A DNA stretch of 64,000 nt from Nitrosopumilus sp. (lineage in GTDB: Archaea > Thermoproteota > Nitrososphaeria > Nitrososphaerales > Nitrosopumilaceae). A model generated the notes under the pieces. The model ran no database searches. It saw only the letters and a list, made by a program, of their open reading frames with translations, and was not told where the DNA came from. This document shows positions 41,632 to 50,212 of this stretch, one piece after another; position 1 is the stretch's first letter, and the number at the start of each line of letters is the position of its first letter. The stretch lies in the NCBI GenBank assembly GCA_965238275.1, contig OZ250186.1, positions 1,152,001 through 1,216,000 of the forward strand. Direction: 5' to 3'. The position numbers and the translations under genes are program-made.

Positions 41632-41819
41632 ACAAATACCCGGCCCCGACGGCTTTTGGTTGTCAGACTACCGGGATTTACCAAAATTGCTACATAGCCG
41701 AGCAAAAATGCATCGTTTGCAAGGAACCTGGAACGCTTCCAGGCATGGCGGTTCATGAAAGATGCGTCATGACGTCCATGGACAGGCCGGCATCGTAAAG
41801 AGGCACAAATTCAGATTCT

Positions 41820-41866
41820 GGGCTTAGTAGATCTTGGTTATCAGGCCACCAGAATTTACCAGCCGT
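41820..41866. repeat. Degenerate 47-bp palindromic site
   Basis: gggcttagtagatcttggttatc a ggccaccagaatttaccagccgt, located between convergent genes. Confidence 0.5.
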
Positions 41867-41893
41867 CTGCACTTCAGCCACAATTAGAATAAT

Positions 41894-42013
41894 CTAGGAC
41901 AGTACGTCAAATCCCTTTTCACCGCATTCGCATTCATAATCGGCATCCAGGGCGTCACGTTCCATCGTGAAGACACGTCCGCATTGGGCGCACTTGATTG
42001 TAATGTCAGTCAT
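41894..42013 (-). CDS. 39-aa zinc-ribbon microprotein (MTDITIKCAQCG...CECG)
   Basis: Hand translation; CxxCG and CxCG. Confidence 0.55.
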   Translation of the reverse strand: MTDITIKCAQCGRVFTMERDALDADYECECGEKGFDVLS

Positions 42014-42115
42014 CCCAAATTCTCCGACAACGTGTTTTGGCCAATATGTTGGACACTGCTGTAACGTAAAAGGGGTTATTGCAAAAAGGATCTCCGTGCC
42101 ACGAATACCGAACCG

Positions 42116-42376
42116 TCATTTAATTTTCCCCACGTAGTACAGCACCATCAGGTTGACCAGGCTGCCACTACCATTGCGTTCCACTATCTTGATCTTCGGG
42201 ACGCCGCACCTTCTGCACACCATGCAGATTATTGTCAGGTTCTTGCCTATGCTGGCAACATTGGGGTGTTCGCCGTCATGGACATCGTACTTTTTCCAGG
42301 TATGTGACATGTTGCTGCATTTTGGCCGCGAAGTGGTCCATTTTCCTATTGGAACATCCAGTATGGAATCGTACAT
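42116..42376 (-). CDS. Small Cys/His protein
   Basis: C..HTW...CRRCG; CCCCCCTTTTAT at -26. Confidence 0.55.
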   Translation of the reverse strand: MYDSILDVPIGKWTTSRPKCSNMSHTWKKYDVHDGEHPNVASIGKNLTIICMVCRRCGVPKIKIVERNGSGSLVNLMVLYYVGKIK

Positions 42377-42480
42377 ACAATCAACCCCTGAGGAGGATAA
42401 AAGGGGGGATCATTGTACATGACGCGGGTTCATGGACACGACCAACATAGATATTTAGCATAGTTATCCACAGGACAGAC

Positions 42481-42717
42481 ATGGGAAAAGTAACCATAAT
42501 AACTGAATCCGTGTTAGCGTGGTGCGACAACTGTGAGGCCGAATTCACTCCCCGGATAGCGCGCAAGATCCACACATGTCCTGACTGCAGAACGGCCGTA
42601 CTTGGCGCCGAAGACGTGCCGCTTCGCGGTCCTGGCGTGCGCAAGGTGATTAAAAAGACGGTTGAAAAGGCCGCCGGCGCAGATGCCGTGATCAGTAAAA
42701 AGCCGAATGCAAAGTAA
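42481..42717 (+). CDS. Small zinc-ribbon protein, tandem duplicate 1
   Basis: MGKVTIIT..CDNC..FTPRIARKIHTCPDC. Confidence 0.75.
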   Translation: MGKVTIITESVLAWCDNCEAEFTPRIARKIHTCPDCRTAVLGAEDVPLRGPGVRKVIKKTVEKAAGADAVISKKPNAK

Positions 42718-42814
42718 GCATGTCTGCCCTATTCCGTGTGACACTGTACGCACCTCATGAGTTTATAATAATTATTTACCATAACTATTTAAATTAGTTA
42801 CGCATAAACGATAC

Positions 42815-43012
42815 ATGGGAAAGGTTACCATAATCACCAAATCCATAAAGGCCCATTGTGATGCGTGCGGGAAGGACTTTACGCCCAGGATAGCGCGCAA
42901 GATCCACACCTGTCCTGCCTGCAGGACTGCAGTTACGGGGGCAGAAGACGTGCCGCTTCGCGGCAACGGCGTCGATACGGTGGTAAGCAGGGACGTAGAA
43001 GCAGATGTGTAG
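42815..43012 (+). CDS. Small zinc-ribbon protein, tandem duplicate 2
   Basis: MGKVTIIT..CDAC..FTPRIARKIHTCPAC. Confidence 0.75.
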   Translation: MGKVTIITKSIKAHCDACGKDFTPRIARKIHTCPACRTAVTGAEDVPLRGNGVDTVVSRDVEADV

Positions 43013-43195
43013 CCGGGTTTTTTGAAGACTGGCTGCACCGTCGTCTGACAACAAGAACACTCCCATTGTAATATCGACTGGCATGGATGGCGCGGATTGG
43101 AATTGTTCCTTTTAAGCTATTTTCAATTCTGAATCCATGAATGACGAAGCGCTTGGTGCAACGCGCCCGACGTTTGGACATCATGGGATGATGGC

Positions 43196-44149
43196 ATGAG
43201 GCAGACGTATTTCGGGGATGAGCCTGTCAAGGTTACCAACAAGAAGATAATCAAGTCAAAGGGGATACGGTTCTTCACGCCGTCGGCCGAGACGCCGGAG
43301 GCGATAATTCACGACTGCGAAGAGATATACGGGCGCGACCAGTTCTACGCGCTGTCAAGCGGCGGCAAGGACAGTCAGACCATGACGGACTGGCTGGCAG
43401 AGCACGGCAAGCTAAAGGCCGTCGTGCATATCAAGACAAACGTCGGCCTCAGGATCACGCTGGATTTCCTGAAGGATTTTTGCCAGTCCAAGGGATACCG
43501 GCTTCATGTCATCGAGCCGCAGCCGAAATTCATCTATGCTGCGTTCGTTCTGCAGTACGGCTTCCCCGGGCCCGCGCTGCATGGCATGGTGATGGGCGCG
43601 CTAAAGCTCAAGACGATGCGCGACTTCATCCTCAGTGCGGACCGCAGGCGCGGTTGCCTGGTGGGCGGGGTCAGAAAATTCGAGTCCCATCGGCGGTTGA
43701 AAAAATACCCACAGCCCATAAATTCTGACGGCAACATGTTTTTTGCCGCCCCGATGTTTTACTATACCAACGAGCAGATCTACAAGGAATACACGACGCG
43801 GGGCCTTCCGATATCGCCGGCGTACAAGATGGGGTTTGGCACGTCCGGGGAGTGCCTTTGCGGGGCGTTCGCGACACACGGGGAGAAAGAATTGATCCAG
43901 AAACTAGACCCCACGCTCACGTCATATTTACAACACCTTGAGGAACTGGTGCAATTGGTGGGCACGCCGCAGGCACGCAAATTCCCGACATGGGGCGGCA
44001 GCGCAAAGATGACTGAATTGGAAGAACAGCAGATACTGAGTGACTTTTTCGCCGAAAACCCGCACTTGGCGGACGCACAGGAACTGTCCAGCATAATATG
44101 CGGTCAGGAATGCGGGCCCGGGACAATGCGCGGGATGATTGACTACTGA
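43196..44149 (+). CDS. PAPS-reductase-family (PP-loop) protein, MGE/virus type
   Basis: SSGGKDS PP-loop, YGFPGP, GVRKFES.RR, SGECLCGAF. Confidence 0.85.
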   Translation: MRQTYFGDEPVKVTNKKIIKSKGIRFFTPSAETPEAIIHDCEEIYGRDQFYALSSGGKDSQTMTDWLAEHGKLKAVVHIKTNVGLRITLDFLKDFCQSKGYRLHVIEPQPKFIYAAFVLQYGFPGPALHGMVMGALKLKTMRDFILSADRRRGCLVGGVRKFESHRRLKKYPQPINSDGNMFFAAPMFYYTNEQIYKEYTTRGLPISPAYKMGFGTSGECLCGAFATHGEKELIQKLDPTLTSYLQHLEELVQLVGTPQARKFPTWGGSAKMTELEEQQILSDFFAENPHLADAQELSSIICGQECGPGTMRGMIDY

Positions 44150-44251
44150 GGGATTGGATGAAGGCATGCTGGCATGGATGCGCGCATCGGGCGCTGTACC
44201 GTGCCGGCGGTTTTGATTTCCCCCCTTATATTCAAACCATTTCATGGGTGC

Positions 44252-44605
44252 ATGCTAAACAAAGACGACCCAGCAAAACAAGACACAGAGATAGGCGGCA
44301 TCATAAAAAAAGTCATCATAGGCGCGGCCTTTTTGCTGATACTGCCGATAGCGGTTCCTGCAATCACCGGAGTCGACATAGTCCAGTTCTGCAACTCGGA
44401 TGGCGCGGGCGGATGCCAAGATCCAAACATAGGCACAGACGAGGGAGCGGGCAAACTGAAAGAGGGATTTGACAAGATCAAACCCGTATTGGTTGTGTTA
44501 CTGGACATCTTCTTCGTGATCATAGGGCTGGCGATACTGTTCGGACCAGGCAGGCAGCTGATCAGCTACCGGTTCGTGGTTTATGATGCAACTTCACTTG
44601 GATAA
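44252..44605 (+). CDS. Two-TM protein with disulfide loop, conjugative-pilin-like
   Basis: IIGAAFLLILP and LVVLLDIFFVIIGLAILFG helices with C..C loop; CCCCCTTATA at -26. Confidence 0.5.
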   Translation: MLNKDDPAKQDTEIGGIIKKVIIGAAFLLILPIAVPAITGVDIVQFCNSDGAGGCQDPNIGTDEGAGKLKEGFDKIKPVLVVLLDIFFVIIGLAILFGPGRQLISYRFVVYDATSLG

Positions 44606-44975
44606 GCCCATTGCCGCGGTGGCAGCAGTCCTGATTTTTTATTTCATTTTAAACCAAGAGTACAATGTTGTGTGGATTCCAGTGCTGGCGGGAATCTGGA
44701 TATACGGCGCGCGCGCCGATCTCGCATCCACATTCAGGCACGCAGACATGATGAAATACGAGTCAAACAGGCTGCTGGTGGGGTGCGTGCGGCGGTATGG
44801 TGCAAGACGCGCCGTGTCAATAAGCATTGCGTGCGAGACTGGATTCATCCTGATGATATCCGTGCTGCTGAGCAGGCCTGTCGGGTTCGATATCGCGGAT
44901 TTTGCGTTTGTTGCAGGCGTCTTCGGCGCATATCATGTTTACTGTGCCAGATCAAACTACAACTTTAAGCCATGA
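44583..44975 (+). CDS. Hypothetical membrane protein
   Basis: Multiple TM segments; DLAST..YESN motif. Confidence 0.6.
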   Translation: MMQLHLDKPIAAVAAVLIFYFILNQEYNVVWIPVLAGIWIYGARADLASTFRHADMMKYESNRLLVGCVRRYGARRAVSISIACETGFILMISVLLSRPVGFDIADFAFVAGVFGAYHVYCARSNYNFKP

Positions 44976-45087
44976 TGTTCTGCCAAGTATCGTGAACTTT
45001 CCGAGTATGTCAGCACACCCATGACTCATGGTAAGTCAACATCTCCGCACAGATTAACTGCTTATACCGTTTTCAATCCATTCGGTC

Positions 45088-45234
45088 ATGACGTTAGGAG
45101 GAACCATCAAACCGTGTCCGGAATGCGGGTACACCAAGACATACCCTGAGACCATAGCAGGCGATGACCAGAGACAGATAGAGGCTGACGAGTGGGTGGC
45201 AAACGGCTGTCCGGATTGCGGCGCAAAACCATAA
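45088..45234 (+). CDS. 48-aa CPxCG zinc-finger microprotein
   Basis: CPECG ... CPDCG; CTTATA at -26. Confidence 0.65.
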   Translation: MTLGGTIKPCPECGYTKTYPETIAGDDQRQIEADEWVANGCPDCGAKP

Positions 45235-46070
45235 TACACCCGGCTTTCCCTTTTTTACGAAGAGTTAACAGAGTGACATTGTAGGCTATATCTCGGGATA
45301 CTATGCCGCGTTCGTATGAAATGAAAAATTCGTCCCCACCACACAGGACCAGACCTATTTTCTTGCCGGTTTCCACCCAATGCCCGCCGGACATAGAGCA
45401 CCAACATCCATGCGTCCGCATCACACAGGGACGTCCCATTCCATGAAAAACAGAAAGCCGGCGTAATCAGGATTCGATGGCCTCAATGGCCTCCCGTATA
45501 ACGGCGGCCACCTCTGGATCGTCAATATTCTTCTCGATCTCACGAAGTTCTTCTATATTTCCCATATTGTTACATGCTATCAACACTTTAATAAACTTCC
45601 CGTATGATGTACACGAATCAAATTTGGAAGACGACCTGAAAAAAAACATCGAGCGCGCTTACGATATTATCATGGATGAGTTGGAAACGGCACGGGAATC
45701 ATACAGTGAGGCAGCAGCCCGGGTGACGCGGCTTACCGAAGTGGCCAATACGCTTCGCAATATGCTTGATTCATGATAATATGGATTAAGTACTATTATG
45801 GCTGGACACGCACCAGTTGCTACAGACTGACCCCATGCCGTTTAACGTGCATGCACGTAGCATAAGGGGGCTAAACTAATGGCGGCACTGTTCATTTTTG
45901 GTGATCTGGCTTGTATGATTTGACCTTAACCCATAATTCCGAACGGTGCCTACTTTTGTATGTAATTTCCTTTTGGGTCAATGCCAAACACTTCTGTCGG
46001 TGCGGATCATCTGGGCTTGCATGTCCCTTGACGGTACATTTCCCTTTTTAAGCGAGTCCGCCTACAATAT

Positions 46071-46526
46071 ATGGATTCAGATATACCGCAGGAACTTTCA
46101 ATGAAAGAATTCTTAAAACATGCGTTCAAGACCACGTGCATAAGGCTGTCGGGTTTTTACACGGAAGCCATGAATATCCCACAAAAGGAAGCCTTGGCGG
46201 TCGCCAACAAAACCTACCAATCAATGGTTGAACCCTGGTTGTCCTTGCCTGACGTTGAAACCGCGCCCATGGAGATTTTACATGTGGCAAAAAACGTCGC
46301 GCTGCATTATTTCAACCGGGAGGCAGGGCGGCCCAGCGTAGACAAACTGGCATACAAGTATGAGGAATATGCTGAGGCAATGGAGAAAATCAGCAAAGAC
46401 ACACGGATTCTTTACGACGACATCATAAATACGGGCATGACAGGCCAAAATGAGACATGTTCAGTGGTTTTCGTCATCTTAAAAACGGCAACACCATGCC
46501 GGCCACTTTTGCCGCGTTTTTCATGA
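46071..46526 (+). CDS. Hypothetical protein
   Basis: 151-aa ORF; CCCTTTTTAAG at -26. Confidence 0.6.
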   Translation: MDSDIPQELSMKEFLKHAFKTTCIRLSGFYTEAMNIPQKEALAVANKTYQSMVEPWLSLPDVETAPMEILHVAKNVALHYFNREAGRPSVDKLAYKYEEYAEAMEKISKDTRILYDDIINTGMTGQNETCSVVFVILKTATPCRPLLPRFS

Positions 46527-46722
46527 CTTGCACGACCGATTCTGACAGATTGCATCGACATGTGGTCTCACGACATACATGACATTTGTTAAGCCTGTGC
46601 CACGTACACAGGTTGGTGCCACAACCGCCGCTGCAAACAGGTCCAAACCCTGGAATGTCATACCCAGTACATTCTTTCCCCTCGTTGGAACAACCATCCA
46701 TCTCACATTCCATGCCTTTCAT
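46474..46722 (-). CDS. Small Cys-rich protein
   Basis: Ten Cys; CCTTTAAC at -27. Confidence 0.5.
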   Translation of the reverse strand: MKGMECEMDGCSNEGKECTGYDIPGFGPVCSGGCGTNLCTWHRLNKCHVCRETTCRCNLSESVVQVMKNAAKVAGMVLPFLR

Positions 46723-47387
46723 AGTTCAAAACGAGTTGTACGTGTTAAAGGTACTGTTAAGTTATCGGGGCTTGCCGGCATACCGGCCACTCCGAGCAAT
46801 TTGAGCTATCACAAGATGGCCGCAAGCCTGCCAAACAAATCAGACATTTGGAGATCCGGAAACCACCAAATTCACTTATGATGAGTTCGGCCGCGCTTAA
46901 ATCAGATGCGGCCCATATGATGTAGGGTTCAAGACGATGTTTACATGTATTCATATTTGAACAGAGCTGGAGTTGTTGTGTAATCTCGTTTGATCTCTTT
47001 TTATATACGCTCTGTCGGACCGTACACAAAACTTTCCCTGTACCAGATTTTCCGTCCCAGTTTTCCGGTCAATTTTAGATCAAGATTGGAAAAATGGCAT
47101 ATTTGGAGTTTTTTAGGCACAAAAGGCATACCGCAAACCAATATCAATTGCTTAATAATGGCAGCATGTGGTAAAGATAATAACATGAACAACAAAACAA
47201 AAACAATTTTAATGCTGGTTGCGCTGATAAGCCTTCCATTGATACCTACAGCACATGCCGATCATGACACACAATATTATTGGGTAGATGAAGACGTCGA
47301 ATACAAATGCCTTAGCGGCATTAACAACATTCCAAGAACAGGTAATGTGAGTCCGTGTTCTGATTTTAGCACTGCCACAAACCATTA

Positions 47388-48928
47388 GAAAATATGCGTA
47401 ATCCCCCTGTTCACATCGATAAATTTAGATCAGGCACGATCGCGTCTCACATCAAATGCCAGACTCGCCTGATCAGATCATGCACAGATTGGAACAGGAA
47501 AACAGAAGCCTAAAAAATATTCTAAAGCAGAAAGACAAAAAGCTGGAACAGAAAGACAAAAAGCTGGAACAGAAAGACAAAAAGCTGGAACAGAAAGACA
47601 AAACCCTAAAAAATATTCTAAAGCAGAAAGACAAAAAGCTGGAACAGAAAGACAGGGAGTTGGGCCTTGAACGCGGCCTGTGGAAGAGCAGGAACGATGG
47701 CTGGAACCCCGGCAAGGGGCCCGCGTTGCACCTGCTAGAGGTGCTAGACGGCATAATACGCGACGGGGACAAGCTCCGCCATGTCACGCTGGCAGACGGG
47801 GAACAGTTCCGGTACATGCTGGAGCGGGCCAAGGTGTTTCTGACGCATTCGGGCCAGATGCCGCTGTTCCGCGATAACGCATCCCGGGTCTCCGATCCCG
47901 GAAACCGGTGCAAACTGTACCTGAGACACGCACTGCTCCTAGCACTTATCCGCAAAAAGGACAACCCCGCCCAAGGCGTGCTTGCCGCATTCTTCGGGAT
48001 AGACCAGACCACCGTGTCCCGGTACATTCCGGTGATGGATGCGATGCTGGCAGGAATACTTCCGACGGCAGACAACATATCCGAGGAGGTAGCTGCTGCC
48101 CCGACCAAGGAGGATTTCAAGAAGATCGTGCCCGGGTCCGACGGGGGCGAGATATTCATAGACGGCACGCACTGCCCCGTGCAGCGCCCGTCTGTAAAGT
48201 CAGTCCGGCGCATGAAATACTCCGGCAAGAAGAAAAAGTTCACCAACAATACCAACGTGTACGCCAACCGGGACGGGGTGGTGATCGGCATATCAAAAAG
48301 CACCGTCGGGTCAGTCGGCGACATCACGCTGCTCAAGGAACGCCCCATGCCGTTTGGAAAGTGGGAGGAGGCGATGCACGATCCGGACCTGCCAGAATCA
48401 GACAGGTGCCACCCCTTCGTCGACCGCGGCTACCAGGGAATCGCAGACCACCTGCCCGGCACCACGCCGGAGATCCCGTACAAGAAGACCAGGGACACGC
48501 CGCTGACGCCGGAGCAAAAAAAGCACAACCACAGGATCAACTCCACCCGGGTGTTGGTGGAGCACGCCATAGGCAGGCTCAAGCGCTACGCGCGTCTTGC
48601 CGACCCGTACGACGGCAACGCGGCGCAGTTCAACCGGGAGTTCAACGTGATCACCGGGCTGGTAAACCTGAACCTTTTGTGGGACTGCATGGAAAAGGGC
48701 CCGCCACCACCGGGGCAGTGGAAGACGTCAGTAGACTGGGACAGGGCCTGCTCCCAAGCTCCGGTCAAGTAGAATTCAGGGCACGATGAAGTGCTGCAAG
48801 GCTGCGCACGTCATTTTGGATTTTGGGGTGAACGGACTTGCCACATACCAGACACGACTAGTTTTAGGCCGTATTTTTCCGGTTTTTTATGGCCGGGTTG
48901 GCAAAATGGGTGGATTACGCATATCTTC
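47388..48928 (+). mobile_element. IS5-family (ISL2-like) element, second type
   Basis: TIR GAA(A/G)ATATGCGTAATCC; TA duplication (47386-47387 / 48929-48930). Confidence 0.9.
47456..48772 (+). CDS. DDE_Tnp_4 transposase with QKDKKLE heptad repeats
   Basis: FGIDQTTVSR, IDGTH, YSGKKK, DRGYQG, RVLVEHAIG. Confidence 0.92.
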   Translation: MPDSPDQIMHRLEQENRSLKNILKQKDKKLEQKDKKLEQKDKKLEQKDKTLKNILKQKDKKLEQKDRELGLERGLWKSRNDGWNPGKGPALHLLEVLDGIIRDGDKLRHVTLADGEQFRYMLERAKVFLTHSGQMPLFRDNASRVSDPGNRCKLYLRHALLLALIRKKDNPAQGVLAAFFGIDQTTVSRYIPVMDAMLAGILPTADNISEEVAAAPTKEDFKKIVPGSDGGEIFIDGTHCPVQRPSVKSVRRMKYSGKKKKFTNNTNVYANRDGVVIGISKSTVGSVGDITLLKERPMPFGKWEEAMHDPDLPESDRCHPFVDRGYQGIADHLPGTTPEIPYKKTRDTPLTPEQKKHNHRINSTRVLVEHAIGRLKRYARLADPYDGNAAQFNREFNVITGLVNLNLLWDCMEKGPPPPGQWKTSVDWDRACSQAPVK

Positions 48929-49305
48929 TATTGGGATAATGTTTCTAGTAGCACTTGGGATCTTGATCCATACTCCCATGGAACGCGAATAAATATTACT
49001 GGCGCCTCACTTCAGGATGATGATTGGGCTGCCGTTGCAGGCGTAACACATAATGGAGACAACACTATTGAATATGGCTACGTCCAATTCAACACTACAT
49101 TCTCAGAGATATTTGGAGATGTAACGGCAGGCGACAACAATACCGTTGACTTTGAATACGTTGCCGTGCACGAAACTGGTCATCTTTTGAGGTTTGCTCA
49201 TAGTACAACTAATGGTAGCGTAATGGAAGCTGCTGTAGGCGTAGGAGATGATTTCACAGGCCTGCACTCACATGACATCTCAGAAATTCAAGGAAAATAC
49301 TGAAA

Positions 49306-49869
49306 ATGAGCCGTAAAAAATTGGTGTCCATTCCAGCCATTGGAGTTTCTCTAACGGTCATGTTGGTTTTTACTGTTGCAGTGATGGGATACATACCTCA
49401 TGAAAGTAAAACACATGGGTTTATGGTCGAAGGCACAGCAGAAAAAATGGCAGAAAAAGCCGATATTGCCGTTAAAGGCGTCGTAGATGATTCAAGGACA
49501 TATCTTACCTACTTTAGTGTAGGTGAATTGGTCTTCCCCAAGGTCTTTACACTGACTGATCTTCGTGTAACCGATGTGCTTTTGGGTGATTCTGGATTAG
49601 AGGGTGTTCTTATCACAATGAGGACTGTAGGCGGAACGCACAATCAAGTCACAACAGAATTTGAACCGGTTCCAACATTCGAGAGAAATGCTCAAGTCCT
49701 GGTCTATCTGGATAATCCAATAGATGATCTAGTACATGGAACATACTATGATTCACAAGGAATTCAATCTACATTTGTTCTACGTGAAAATGGTAAATAC
49801 CATGAACAATGGGATGACGAGGCTCTAGACTTAGAAAAGATAAGAGAACATCTAGAAAGAGACGGATAA
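49306..49869 (+). CDS. Membrane-anchored hypothetical protein coupled to the matrixin gene
   Basis: N-terminal TM helix; ADIAVKGVV..VGG..VLVYL pattern; starts 2 nt after the protease stop. Confidence 0.7.
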   Translation: MSRKKLVSIPAIGVSLTVMLVFTVAVMGYIPHESKTHGFMVEGTAEKMAEKADIAVKGVVDDSRTYLTYFSVGELVFPKVFTLTDLRVTDVLLGDSGLEGVLITMRTVGGTHNQVTTEFEPVPTFERNAQVLVYLDNPIDDLVHGTYYDSQGIQSTFVLRENGKYHEQWDDEALDLEKIREHLERDG

Positions 49870-49885
49870 GACGTAGACAACTAAC

Positions 49886-49899
49886 CTTTTTCTTTTTTT
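49886..49899 (+). terminator. Oligo-T archaeal terminator
   Basis: ctttttcttttttt shortly after the stop at 49869. Confidence 0.5.
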
Positions 49900-50059
49900 A
49901 AGCAAACCACGATAGCGTGTTGAATACATGATAACCCGACCCACTCACCACGTGCGACGGGCTGACCCCAAATCATGCACGGTCGTCAAGACTTTCGTGC
50001 TGAATGGGGCTATCCGAGCTGCTGGATTACTGGACTTCGAGTCCTAATATCCATGTGAC

Positions 50060-50106
50060 GGACCTGTTAAATTTGGGTGATCTGATCACCTAAATTTACC
50101 AGTGCC
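50060..50106. repeat. 47-bp palindromic site (most symmetric copy)
   Basis: ggacctgttaaatttgggtgatc t gatcacctaaatttaccagtgcc; 19-bp inner arms with 2 mismatches. Confidence 0.8.
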
Positions 50107-50212
50107 TGTTTTGTAGGGACGTGGCACTCTGCGATGTACCCTCCCCTCAGCATGTCGGCCAGGATGCGCGCGTCCACCTTGTCTGTCTTCTTTTTTGACT
50201 CTGCGATTATCT

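Larger units (their letters stand above)
47185..49303 (+). pseudogene. Secreted matrixin-like (M10) zinc metalloprotease interrupted by IS
   Basis: Signal peptide; excision restores ATNHYWDNVSSSTW; HETGHLLRFAHS plus Met-turn SVM. Confidence 0.82.

Noticed and set aside
811-44149. Dnd phosphorothioation system (DndD-like ATPase plus DndC-like gene)
   Set aside because: The genes are 42 kb apart, the ATPase lacks the coiled coil, and there is no dndA/B/E.
33080-46722. Complete provirus or casposon
   Set aside because: No recognisable capsid, portal, terminase, PolB or Cas1-like gene.
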